From Candidatus Omnitrophota bacterium (GTDB lineage: Bacteria; Omnitrophota; Gorgyraeia; Zapsychrales; JANLHA01): 64,000 nt of DNA. Made by a program: the position numbers and the translations under genes. Within the stretch, counting starts at the first letter, position 1. Each line of letters starts with the position of its first letter. Below are positions 7,581-16,781 of the stretch, one piece after another. The stretch is from contig JAKLFA010000003.1 of NCBI GenBank assembly GCA_022711395.1, positions 34,509 to 98,508 on the forward strand. The letters run 5' to 3'. Under the pieces are notes generated by a model that saw only the letters and a program-made list of their open reading frames with translations, had not been told where the DNA came from and did not search any database.

Positions 7581-10421
7581 CTAAAACACGCTGTTGATCC
7601 CAAACCACACATGCGGATCTTCCTCAGAGTCATTCACCGCTTCCGCCACATCGACCCGGACCACCGCTTTTTCCAGAAATCCCAACAAATCCACATGGAC
7701 GCGGATGCCAAGTCCGACGTCCTTTTTAAGCTCTGAATCCGTAAACGAGCTGAACCACGCCTGACCCGCCTCGACAAAGGCCGCCCCGTCGATTTGACGC
7801 AACCCGAAAATCCTGTCAAAAACATACCAATCGATGTTCCTAACCAACGGGACGCGGTATTCCGCGACACCTAAAACGGCGTTAGCGCCGCGGACAGTCT
7901 TACGGCCATAACCGCGCAAACCATCGATCCCGCCAAGCTGAAAAAGGTCCTTGTCATCCGGATAACCCAGGCCGGCCTTAGCCCGCAAGGCCAGCTTTGT
8001 GTCCCCAACGACCGGAGCATAATAATGAACGTCTGCCCCACCGCGGTAAAAATACGATCCGCCATGCGCGAAATGCCCGGCCTGTTCGGCGAAACTGTTG
8101 ACCCGAAAGCCGCCTTTGGGATCAGGATACGGGCCAGAACGGTTCACGTGGTGCGAAACCCCGATGATCGATTCGCGCCGTCGTTTATATTCGATATTCC
8201 GAATATCCTCCGCGCCGGCCAGCCCTTCATCAAAATCCCCCGGCCGCTGATTGTGAATGAAATACAAACTCACATGGTCCTGGACGTCCATCATCCCGTA
8301 TTCCACCGGCCACAAATTACGCCTCATATAGATCTTCGTGCTGAACAGATCTTCCGGCCCGCCACTGGCGTCTTTCACATTGCGGACCTCCGCTCCCGCA
8401 TCCGTCGGAGAAGCAAAAACATTTTTCAATTGATAACCCGCGCGCGATGTCCACAGTTCATTTCCAAAATCATAATCGCTGCCCGTGTAAGCGACCGCTT
8501 TATAAGGCTTCTGAACACTGGCTTTTAGTCCGATCCCCTCATAGATCTCCGGCCCGACCACAACATTATACGAATCCTCCGGCAAGAAAAGAGGATTGTC
8601 CCAAAGGCCGAAATACAACGGCACCGGCTTAACACGTATCGCCCTGGGCCATTGATTATTGACCCTGTCCCTATCAAAAAATTTCTGCTCCGGGTCGATC
8701 GCGATCCGTTCCAACGGTTTTCCAAAATCAACGGCTTCCCGGGCGCGGCTTTGCCAGACACGCTTCTCATCCGTCCCGTCTCGGTATTCAACCGTCATCT
8801 CGACCGCATCCTGGATCTTCCCTGAGTTTTTCAAGACCGCCCGGCTGCCTCTGACGGCGTAAACCCCCGGATCAAACCCTTCAGCGGAAAACACCCAGTC
8901 CTGAAAAAACGCGGTGAGGTCTTTGCCCGACTCTTCTTCGCACATCCTTTTAAGACTTTCGATCGTCCAATTCCCGAAACGATGTTCCTCAACGACACGC
9001 GCCAGCACCCGGTCAAAGGCCTCTGCGCCGACCTGGCTTTCCAATGTTTCAAAGGCCCTGACGCCTTTTCCATAAACAAGCGCGAAGATCAGGCTCGGTT
9101 CAGAAAACCCATCCAGCGAACCGGCCAACGGCCCGTCGTAACCGGCATAGACCCCTGATTTATACCGGTAATCCCGCAATCGCCGGAACGAAGGGCTGGG
9201 AAAGATCCATTCATAATCTTTAAACCATTTCGGAAACTTGACAATGCCCGTGTCACGGCCGTAACGCTCTTCGATATACCTTAAGGTCAAAAAAGAATTC
9301 AGCCCCTCTTCCAGCCACATCTCGCGCTGTTCCTGCACGCCGACTATATTGTAGATCCACTGATGCCCGGTCTCATGAACGATCAACCATTCAAAATACT
9401 TGTCCAATAACCCCGGCAACTTAAAGGCCCGCGTATCAATGAAGATCATGTTCGGCATCTGCTCACCTCCGTAGCCCAGATGGACCGGCGCGACAGAGAA
9501 CTCGTCATACGGGTATCGCGCACGGAACATCCGCTCATAAAACTCCATCGCAGACTGCACATGTCGCAAGGCATCCTCCGCCCGTTTCAGATCTCCGTCA
9601 AGATAGAACACCCGGATGACCGTCTCATGATGCCTGCCCGTGATTTGTTTATACTCCGGGCTCATGGCAAATGAAAATGAACGCACCGGCAGAGACGCCT
9701 CAAGGACCATGGTCTTTTTACCGGCATCCGTCGTTTCTGACCTGAACGTTCCTGAATGGATCACGGTTTGACCTTGATCAACTTTTAATTCCACCCTGTA
9801 AGTCGACGCTTCTGAAAAGAACGGTCGGTGGAACGGATAAAAAAGCGACCGGTCCCACCCTTCGGCGGTCTGAACGGCCAGGATCGGATACCAATACGCC
9901 GCCTTCATGATCCCATCATTCCAGCCCAGCCGTCCGTAGGAACGTGCGAACTTAAATGAAAAATCCATCTCCAGGTCCATCTTCTGGCCGGGATCCAGGG
10001 GCCTGCTCAACATAACGCGCAGCAGTGTCCGGTCCTTGCCCTCGATCGAAAAAACAAGTTCCGTCCCGTCCGCGGCCTGAACGTTATGGACAGAAAAATG
10101 ATTGGACTGGAACCCTTGCGGGAACGGATCGACCTTGAAATAACCGGCATAACGCAAAAGGAGGGATTTTTCCTGCGGCGTATAATCCCTGTTGGGATAA
10201 ATATGGAAGATCGCCTCATTGATCGGCCGATCCTGACGGTTCGTGAACGAAACCCGCTGACGGGCGGTCAACATTCTTTCAGAATCATCGACGGATGCGT
10301 AAATCTGGTAATGATCCGGATTTTGAGCACGGGCACAAACGGGGCAAAAAACAAAGACGCCTCCTAAAATAAAGGCGCAGCATATTATTCTTTTGGTTCG
10401 GAATAAATTAAGAATGTTCAT
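7581..10421 (-). CDS. Fusion protein: signal peptide, then an M1-family gluzincin aminopeptidase-like domain, then a C-terminal Omp85 (bacterial surface antigen D15) beta-barrel.
   Basis: Signal peptide [33 protein letters not shown]. Zinc motif HETGHQW followed 18 residues later by WLEEG (HEXXH-X18-E). The C-terminal roughly 300 aa is a beta-barrel region (…[31 protein letters not shown]…FVEAGQAW…GLGIRV…) ending in …WFGINSVF with a terminal Phe. The start was chosen at the Met that begins the signal peptide. Confidence 0.65.
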   Translation of the reverse strand: MNILNLFRTKRIICCAFILGGVFVFCPVCARAQNPDHYQIYASVDDSERMLTARQRVSFTNRQDRPINEAIFHIYPNRDYTPQEKSLLLRYAGYFKVDPFPQGFQSNHFSVHNVQAADGTELVFSIEGKDRTLLRVMLSRPLDPGQKMDLEMDFSFKFARSYGRLGWNDGIMKAAYWYPILAVQTAEGWDRSLFYPFHRPFFSEASTYRVELKVDQGQTVIHSGTFRSETTDAGKKTMVLEASLPVRSFSFAMSPEYKQITGRHHETVIRVFYLDGDLKRAEDALRHVQSAMEFYERMFRARYPYDEFSVAPVHLGYGGEQMPNMIFIDTRAFKLPGLLDKYFEWLIVHETGHQWIYNIVGVQEQREMWLEEGLNSFLTLRYIEERYGRDTGIVKFPKWFKDYEWIFPSPSFRRLRDYRYKSGVYAGYDGPLAGSLDGFSEPSLIFALVYGKGVRAFETLESQVGAEAFDRVLARVVEEHRFGNWTIESLKRMCEEESGKDLTAFFQDWVFSAEGFDPGVYAVRGSRAVLKNSGKIQDAVEMTVEYRDGTDEKRVWQSRAREAVDFGKPLERIAIDPEQKFFDRDRVNNQWPRAIRVKPVPLYFGLWDNPLFLPEDSYNVVVGPEIYEGIGLKASVQKPYKAVAYTGSDYDFGNELWTSRAGYQLKNVFASPTDAGAEVRNVKDASGGPEDLFSTKIYMRRNLWPVEYGMMDVQDHVSLYFIHNQRPGDFDEGLAGAEDIRNIEYKRRRESIIGVSHHVNRSGPYPDPKGGFRVNSFAEQAGHFAHGGSYFYRGGADVHYYAPVVGDTKLALRAKAGLGYPDDKDLFQLGGIDGLRGYGRKTVRGANAVLGVAEYRVPLVRNIDWYVFDRIFGLRQIDGAAFVEAGQAWFSSFTDSELKKDVGLGIRVHVDLLGFLEKAVVRVDVAEAVNDSEEDPHVWFGINSVF

Positions 10422-10806
10422 GAGATACGGATTCTTCCGGGCGATTCTCGACTTTTGATAAGAACTTCTGAAAACCGGGGTCAGCCAACAGGTGTGCCAG
10501 GTCAGGATCGCTCCGCATAAATTGAAAATCATGATACCCGCACTCAACGGCAAGCTGCATCGCTTCCAAAGCCAGGTCCAGCTTCCGTAAAAGAGAATAA
10601 CTGCACGCCAGATTATACAAAGCGTACGGATCGTTCGGCCTCATCGACACGATCTGCTTATCGATCCGCAACCCGTCCTCAAAACGCCCGGCGCGCGTGT
10701 AAAGGTCCCCCAGAACCGAAAGTGTTTCAAAAAACTGCGGGCTGCGTTTAAGGACTCCCTCATAAAAAGGGATCTCAAAATCGAAATCTATTTTCTTCTC
10801 CGCCAT
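10408..10806 (-). CDS. TPR-repeat protein
   Basis: 132 aa with TPR-like helical repeats (YALYNLACSYSLLRKLDLALEAMQLAVECGY...). It overlaps the start of the downstream fusion gene by 14 nt, suggesting translational coupling. Confidence 0.55.
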   Translation of the reverse strand: MAEKKIDFDFEIPFYEGVLKRSPQFFETLSVLGDLYTRAGRFEDGLRIDKQIVSMRPNDPYALYNLACSYSLLRKLDLALEAMQLAVECGYHDFQFMRSDPDLAHLLADPGFQKFLSKVENRPEESVSHEHS

Positions 10807-10813
10807 AACATCC

Positions 10814-11995
10814 CTAACTGTTTCCCTGAGAAGGAATGGTTTGAATATACTCTTTCATCCGCTTAACCGCCTCTTTGAGGCTGTCATAACTCGAGGCAAA
10901 GGCCATGCGCACATGGTATTCCAGGCCGGAACCGAACGCCGTGCCGGGCACGATCGCCACGCGTTTTTTCATGAGCAGCGTTTCAGCGAACGTCAACGCG
11001 TCCTGACCTGTTGAACGCACCGATGGAAACACATAGAACGTCCCCTGCGGGACATGACAGCTCAAACCCATCTCATTCAGCGAATCCACAATGAACCTGC
11101 GTCGGCGTATATATTCTTTTCTCATCTCAACGACGGACTTGCGGCTGTTGCGCAATGCTTCAATCCCCGCCATCTGTCCGGTGATCGGAGCGCACATGAT
11201 CGTGTACTGATGGATCTTGGTCATCGCCGCGACAATATCCTTCGGCCCGCAGACCCAGCCGATCCGTGAACCCGTCATGGCATAACCTTTGGAAAGGCCG
11301 TTCAAATACACCGTGCGGTCCTTCATCCCGGGCAGGGACGGGAACGGCGTGTGATCAAACTCGAACGACAGCTCATCGTAGACCTCATCACTGATCACGA
11401 TCAGGTCATATTTACGGACCACCCTGGAGATGGCCAAAAGTTCTTTGCGGGTATACGACGTTCCCGTCGGATTGCAAGGATAGTTGATCAAAATCGCTTT
11501 CACGTTCTTGTGAGAACGGCACACTTTTTCGATATCTTCCGGCTGAAGCTTGAACCCTTTCTCCGCTTTTGTCGCGATAACGACCGCCTCGCCTCCCGCC
11601 AAAACGGTCATGGGCTTATACGAAACATAGCTGGGCTCGACCACGATCACTTTCTCTCCGGGATTCAGGATCGCGCGCATGACCAGATCGACCCCCTCAC
11701 TGACCCCAACGGTGATCAGCATTTCCTGTTCCACATCGTAGTGCAGATCATAGCGGCTCTTAAGAAAATGCGCGATCTCTTTGCGAAACTCCACCAGACC
11801 CTTGTTCGACGTGTATGATGTGTAGCCCTGTTCCAACGAATCGATCGCTTTCTCACGGATATTCCAGGGCGTGACAAAATCCGGCTCTCCAACGCCGAGG
11901 GACACCACGTCCTTCATCCCCAGAACAAGATCAAAGAATTTGCGTATACCTGACGGAGGCAGGTCCTGGACAACTTTTGAAATGCGTTCACTCAT
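10814..11995 (-). CDS. PLP-dependent aminotransferase, class I/II (aspartate / aromatic aminotransferase-like)
   Basis: 393 aa. NPTG at INYPCNPTG, and a PLP-lysine region SKGYAMTGSRIGW. Confidence 0.85.
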   Translation of the reverse strand: MSERISKVVQDLPPSGIRKFFDLVLGMKDVVSLGVGEPDFVTPWNIREKAIDSLEQGYTSYTSNKGLVEFRKEIAHFLKSRYDLHYDVEQEMLITVGVSEGVDLVMRAILNPGEKVIVVEPSYVSYKPMTVLAGGEAVVIATKAEKGFKLQPEDIEKVCRSHKNVKAILINYPCNPTGTSYTRKELLAISRVVRKYDLIVISDEVYDELSFEFDHTPFPSLPGMKDRTVYLNGLSKGYAMTGSRIGWVCGPKDIVAAMTKIHQYTIMCAPITGQMAGIEALRNSRKSVVEMRKEYIRRRRFIVDSLNEMGLSCHVPQGTFYVFPSVRSTGQDALTFAETLLMKKRVAIVPGTAFGSGLEYHVRMAFASSYDSLKEAVKRMKEYIQTIPSQGNS

Positions 11996-12010
11996 GATTT
12001 TCTTTTATCC

Positions 12011-12496
12011 TTAATAACCGATATTTAAACGGCGGCTGCGGTCTTTCTTTTTAAAGATATGGCCGTCCTCTTTATATTTCTTAAGCAAAAAATGCGTCGT
12101 GGTGCTGCGCACGTGCGGCATGGGCGAAAGCTTGGACGCCACAAAATCCGCCACCGTCTGGATCGTCTCGCCTTCGATAATGACCAGAAGGTCATACGTC
12201 CCTGACATCAGGTAGCAAGTCCGAACCTCCGGAAACTGATAGATACGCTCCGCGATATGATCAAAGCCCACGTCTTTTTGGGGCATGATCCCTACCTCGA
12301 TCAGGGCCAGAACAAAAGGGTCTCCGTTATCGAGCAGGGACCGGTTGATCACGGTCTTATATTTCGCGATGATCCCGCTTTTTTCATAACTTTTGATCGT
12401 TTTTTTGACTGAAACAACGCTTTGGCCGGTCAATTTTGCGATCTCTTCCGCTGTGGTCCGGGCATCAGACTCTAAAATCTGCAGGATCTCATCCAT
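12011..12496 (-). CDS. Lrp/AsnC-family transcriptional regulator. The track ORF starts at a TTG at 12529; the likely real start is the ATG of MDEILQIL at 12496.
   Basis: HTH region ARTTAEEIAKLTGQSVVSVKKTIKSYEKSGII and a C-terminal RAM/ACT-like domain. Confidence 0.8.
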   Translation of the reverse strand: MDEILQILESDARTTAEEIAKLTGQSVVSVKKTIKSYEKSGIIAKYKTVINRSLLDNGDPFVLALIEVGIMPQKDVGFDHIAERIYQFPEVRTCYLMSGTYDLLVIIEGETIQTVADFVASKLSPMPHVRSTTTHFLLKKYKEDGHIFKKKDRSRRLNIGY

Positions 12497-12623
12497 AACG
12501 AATCCCTTTCTTAAAATAAAAGTTAACAAATAATAAGTATAAATAACTGTATTATTATATAAGAATTTAAAAAATAGTCTATGACTTTAAAAGACCGAAC
12601 CACGGGGATAATCGAGGGATAAT

Positions 12624-13652
12624 TTATGGAATGGCCGGCTGAGAACCTTGCGCGCCCTTCATCAGCTCATCGATGCGGGTCCGCAATTCCTGATTTTCAT
12701 TATCTAGCCGCATGATCTCATCCATCAGCTGGCGCTTCTTTTGGACCACCGCGGAAGATTCCTCAACCGATGACTTCACGGCCTTGAGCTGTTGCTCCAA
12801 AGATTGGATCTCCTTTTCCAGCACCTTCTTTTGATCCAGAAGGTCCCGCGGGATCTCTTCAGCCGTTAAAGCAAGTTTCTGATTTTCCTTATCCAGGACC
12901 TCATTTTTCTTGTCCTGTTCAGCTTTTTGCTGCTGAAGGGCAAAAAGCTCAGCTTCCAACTCTTTATTTTTCACCGCAGCGGATTCCAACTCTTCCGGAA
13001 GACCCTGGTATTCTTTCTTTTTCTGCCGGATCATGGCATCCAAGCCCTCTTCCTTCTGTTGATACTCCTTCAATTCCTGCTTCAGTCGCTCGATCTCTTC
13101 ATCTTCGCCCTTTTCAAGTTCCTGACGGGAGATCTCCTGAAGTTTAAGCTCGAGCGTCAATTCACGCTTCTTAACCTGAAGTTCGGACAATTGGGTCTGC
13201 CAAAGATCGTTCTTCTTCTCTTCCTCTTCCAGCTTCTTCATGAATTGTAATTTATTCGCTTCCAGATCGGCGATCTCTTTCTTGGTCTGCTCCATCTTAT
13301 CTTTGATCATCTGCGCCGTGGCCAACTGATCCTGCCGATACCGCTCAAGGTTCTTGGTCTCACTTCTCTGGGATTCAAGATCATTTTTCAACTGAAGGAC
13401 GGTCGTCTGAAGGGCAGACATCTTTTCCTTCAAAAATTCATATTCGCTGTTCAGGCGTTCATTCTCATCAAGCAGGCTCTTTGTTTCCTGTTTTGCGCTT
13501 TCGATCGTTTTTTGCCATTCTTCATAACTTAAGGATTTGGCTTTGGAAGGCGTAATATCGTGGGCCGTTGTTTGCGCCGAGACGGCGACCGGGCAGCAGG
13601 CCAGAGCGGCAATTATGAAAACACTCATGGATGTTCTGTTCATGGATTTCAT
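12624..13652 (-). CDS. Secreted/periplasmic long coiled-coil protein
   Basis: Signal peptide MKSMNRTSMSVFIIAALACCPVAVSAQ, then about 300 aa of E/K/Q/L-rich heptad sequence. Low-complexity antisense ORFs on the opposite strand are artefacts of this region. Confidence 0.55.
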   Translation of the reverse strand: MKSMNRTSMSVFIIAALACCPVAVSAQTTAHDITPSKAKSLSYEEWQKTIESAKQETKSLLDENERLNSEYEFLKEKMSALQTTVLQLKNDLESQRSETKNLERYRQDQLATAQMIKDKMEQTKKEIADLEANKLQFMKKLEEEEKKNDLWQTQLSELQVKKRELTLELKLQEISRQELEKGEDEEIERLKQELKEYQQKEEGLDAMIRQKKKEYQGLPEELESAAVKNKELEAELFALQQQKAEQDKKNEVLDKENQKLALTAEEIPRDLLDQKKVLEKEIQSLEQQLKAVKSSVEESSAVVQKKRQLMDEIMRLDNENQELRTRIDELMKGAQGSQPAIP

Positions 13653-13702
13653 TATAAGCACATCTGATTTTCCTGGCAATTGAAACTTGAAATTTCTGCC
13701 TC

Positions 13703-15136
13703 TTAGGCTTTGCGGCGGACGATATAAACAGGCTCTTTTTTGACCGGATGGAACGATTCTTTGGCCCGGCGCACACCCTCCAGCCCCATGGCATCCATCA
13801 CGTTGATATAGCGGTAACTTGCAAGCTCCGGCGAGGCGCAGAACTCGCGAAAAATAAACGTTGGTATTCCCTTGTAGTCAGGGTCCGTCACTTCAAAAAG
13901 GACACAGAACGTCTCCTCATTCAGCGGATAACCGAACGTATAACCGCAAAGTTTCCCGTTAGCCAAAAGGACCCTTCCGAAGACCCCCAGATCCTCCATG
14001 TTCTCCATCACGATACGGTGCGCCCAGCGACTGTCCTCGAGCATGTATCGGGACATGTCATCTTCACAGCCCTGCCTCTTCACATCCGCCCAGCGGTCAA
14101 ACAGTTTGAGGCAGCTCTCAGCATCCTTCTTCGAAAAATCCCTCAATTTAAGATCATAGGATTTTTCCGCGCGGTTATAATCTGAACGGTGTGATTTATA
14201 AACATTGCCTTTAAGATCGATCAATTCCTGGCGCAAATAACAATATTCTTCCGTCTTAAATTCGCTTTCATAGCGGTCCGGCGGAAACATCCCCAGTTGC
14301 GACTGAGAAACATGCTCAACGCGCGAAACGCCTTGTCCGCTGTTGACCTGGTCCATCATATCAAAACATTTTTCGATCACCGCAGGAACGAGCGCCTCGG
14401 TGACCGGCGGCATGTAGAGGAAGGTCCCCGCCTGATCGCTGGCAAAAACACATAACGCCCCGTCGATCATGCGGTTCTCAAATGAAAAAAAATCGCTCCA
14501 GATCGCCATACCCGCAAAAGATTGCGCTGAGATCTCCGGCTTCTGCCCCTTCATCACCTCTTCAAAGGCCGGCTTAAGCGCCATCAGAAAAGGCCCGATC
14601 TGAAATGAGCTCCATTCCACCGGGCAGACATGCTCCAGCTCATGCTCAAACCCCAGATATTCATGGAACAACGACGGGTTGCGGCGTAAAAACTGCTGGA
14701 CCCCGGGGCCGCTCAACCATTCCCGCATGAACCGGACATGCCCCTGAAACTCATCTGTATGAATGCGGTCTCGGACATACGGGCACGGCAAATGGACCGA
14801 AAGCCAGCGCTCTTCGCCTTTGCGGTAAAACACGAACGGATACAGCGCGCATTCAAACGGCCTGCGCCCGTAGACCACGCAAGAATAATCCTTCATTGAA
14901 AAATACTGGCAGGGAAAACACGTGTCCGTGCAGCGCGTCGCGTGCAGATACCCCCGCGCATCAATGGTCCGGGCGCTCAAGGGCACGTCCGTCAACTCCT
15001 CATTAACGGCGCGAACGCGCTCCTCTTGACAGACCAATGGTCTCCATTCGGTCGTGTCCGACTCAAAGCGGCAGCAGCCCTCACACTGAAGGCAAACGTT
15101 CGATGGAACGATCTGTTTCAAACCATACGACCTCAT
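13703..15136 (-). CDS. Two-domain protein: an N-terminal YkgJ-like cysteine cluster (CxxCxxCC) and a C-terminal DUF2156-like domain (the fold of the MprF/lysyl-PG synthase C-terminus).
   Basis: CLQCEGCCRF plus further Cys pairs at the N-terminus. The C-terminal domain is only loosely assigned. The start was taken at MRSYGL to avoid overlapping the upstream gene. Confidence 0.5.
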   Translation of the reverse strand: MRSYGLKQIVPSNVCLQCEGCCRFESDTTEWRPLVCQEERVRAVNEELTDVPLSARTIDARGYLHATRCTDTCFPCQYFSMKDYSCVVYGRRPFECALYPFVFYRKGEERWLSVHLPCPYVRDRIHTDEFQGHVRFMREWLSGPGVQQFLRRNPSLFHEYLGFEHELEHVCPVEWSSFQIGPFLMALKPAFEEVMKGQKPEISAQSFAGMAIWSDFFSFENRMIDGALCVFASDQAGTFLYMPPVTEALVPAVIEKCFDMMDQVNSGQGVSRVEHVSQSQLGMFPPDRYESEFKTEEYCYLRQELIDLKGNVYKSHRSDYNRAEKSYDLKLRDFSKKDAESCLKLFDRWADVKRQGCEDDMSRYMLEDSRWAHRIVMENMEDLGVFGRVLLANGKLCGYTFGYPLNEETFCVLFEVTDPDYKGIPTFIFREFCASPELASYRYINVMDAMGLEGVRRAKESFHPVKKEPVYIVRRKA

Positions 15137-15552
15137 GATTCCCCCATGCATTGAACAACCAGTTGGCGCCTGCGCGCACGGTTGTCAAAATCAATAAAAA
15201 TGACCTGCTGCCAAGTCCCCAGCAGCAAAGATCCCTTTGAAAACGGAATGCTCAAAGACGGCCCGATCAAAGAAGACCTCAAGTGCGAATGCCCGTTGCC
15301 GTCTCCCCAGGCCTTGTCATGCTGATAACTTCCCGGCGGGACCAGCTTTTGCATAAGCTCACCGATATCCTCAACCAGGCCGGGCTCATATTCACACGTT
15401 GTGACCGCGCCCGTCGACCCGATCACGCTCACCGTCATAAGCCCTTCCTTGACGCCAGAGCGCCCCACCAGACGCGACACGTCTTCCGTGATATTGATCA
15501 CCTGCGCATTGCCTTCAGTGGAATATTTGAGATACTCTGTGACAACCGTCAT
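15133..15552 (-). CDS. YjbQ / UPF0047-family protein, copy 2.
   Basis: VINITEDV...GLMTVSVIGSTGAVTTCEYEPG...DGNGHSHLRSSLIGPSLSIP...LLLGTWQQVIFIDFDNRARRRQLVVQCMG. A paralog of the gene at 7102..7518. Confidence 0.8.
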   Translation of the reverse strand: MTVVTEYLKYSTEGNAQVINITEDVSRLVGRSGVKEGLMTVSVIGSTGAVTTCEYEPGLVEDIGELMQKLVPPGSYQHDKAWGDGNGHSHLRSSLIGPSLSIPFSKGSLLLGTWQQVIFIDFDNRARRRQLVVQCMGES

Positions 15553-15568
15553 GGTCTGTTCTTTTGAT

Positions 15569-15895
15569 TTACCGGACCTTGGCCCCCAGCGGGACGTCTC
15601 CGTCAGGAGTCAATAAAACCGGGCCGCGCTCACCGCTTGCGGCCAACAGCATGCCCTGCGATTCCTGCCCCCTGATCACCGCGGGCTCTAAATTATTGAT
15701 CATAATGATCCGCTTTCCGACAAGCTGCTCAGGGCCGTAACTCTTACGGATACCGGCCACAAGCTGTTTCATCCCGGACCCGGTCTCCACCTGCAGGACA
15801 TACAATTTATCCGCATCCGGATGTTCCTTAACCTCTTTGATTTCAGCGACAATGAACTCGAAATTCATGAAATCCTGTATGGTGACCATAAACAT
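15569..15895 (-). CDS. tRNA-binding domain protein (CsaA / EMAP-II / MetRS-C-like OB fold)
   Basis: About 105 aa. FEFIVAEIKEVKEHPDADKLYVLQVETG...LVAGIRKSY is typical of the Myf tRNA-binding domain. Confidence 0.7.
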   Translation of the reverse strand: MFMVTIQDFMNFEFIVAEIKEVKEHPDADKLYVLQVETGSGMKQLVAGIRKSYGPEQLVGKRIIMINNLEPAVIRGQESQGMLLAASGERGPVLLTPDGDVPLGAKVR

Positions 15896-15965
15896 CCTTC
15901 CTTAAAACCCGTCTTTGAACTCAATCCTTAAAAAACCCCGGATCAAATAATGTCCTATACTATAC

Positions 15966-16601
15966 TCAAGGATTTTCCGCTGTCAACCTCTTATTCCTCG
16001 CCGTTCGCTCTTGGGTCTCGGAATCCTCTGTTTTATTCTTTCCTGAGAAGATCCGTTTGATAAAACGGAACATCAGGCGCAGAAACCAGATCGAGACCAC
16101 GATAAAAAGGATAACGCAAAGCGTGGCGATGATCGGATGTTTCATGATCAAATACATAATCCCTACAACACTGGCATCTTCAGCGACGCTAGCCGCCGAA
16201 TTACTAAAAGGCTCAGGCGAAGTGTTGATCGCGGCGCGCGACGTGGCCTTGGTCAAATGCGCGTCCAAGGATATGGTGCCGGTCAGGACCGCCACCGGCA
16301 CCTGCAAAGCAGGAGAAGCGCCAGCCATCGCCAAATACCCCAAAGCCGCCCCTCCCGCGGGCCGGATAAAGGTGTGAACACTGTCCCAGGCAGAATCCAC
16401 GAACGGGACCTTGTCCGCCACAAATTCAATCGCATACAGCAGGACCGCCAGAACGATCACCACGGGATGCGCGATCGCGCTCAGGTCTCCAGGGAGTTGG
16501 ATCCAATCCATGCGGTGGGCAATTCCAAGAATGGCCGTCGTCAAATAGACATTCACCCCTGAGGCCCAAGATCCGCCGAGCAAAAGCGCTAACGTCCCCA
16601 T
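15966..16601 (-). CDS. DUF4126-like inner-membrane protein
   Basis: 211 aa with 4-5 predicted TM helices and a charged C-terminal tail. Confidence 0.5.
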   Translation of the reverse strand: MGTLALLLGGSWASGVNVYLTTAILGIAHRMDWIQLPGDLSAIAHPVVIVLAVLLYAIEFVADKVPFVDSAWDSVHTFIRPAGGAALGYLAMAGASPALQVPVAVLTGTISLDAHLTKATSRAAINTSPEPFSNSAASVAEDASVVGIMYLIMKHPIIATLCVILFIVVSIWFLRLMFRFIKRIFSGKNKTEDSETQERTARNKRLTAENP

Positions 16602-16625
16602 GACTTCCTCCCTGATGAAATTTTT

Positions 16626-16718
16626 TTACTTCTTTCCTTCTTTGGATGCAGGACGGCATTTGCCGTGTGTCCCGCGCCAGATCTTCCCACGTTTTGTCCT
16701 TCGGTCTCCCTTTCCCAT
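16626..16718 (-). CDS. 30S ribosomal protein Thx (bTHX)-like small basic peptide
   Basis: Manual translation gives [30 protein letters not shown], which nearly matches the Thermus Thx consensus [24 protein letters not shown]. An AGGAGGGGGG ribosome-binding site sits 4-13 nt upstream. It is absent from the ORF track because it is only 30 aa. Confidence 0.7.
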   Translation of the reverse strand: MGKGDRRTKRGKIWRGTHGKCRPASKEGKK

Positions 16719-16781
16719 AACCCCCCTCCTGTCATATTGAAAATGGTTTCATTTTAAAATACGAACCGGTAAATTAAACCC

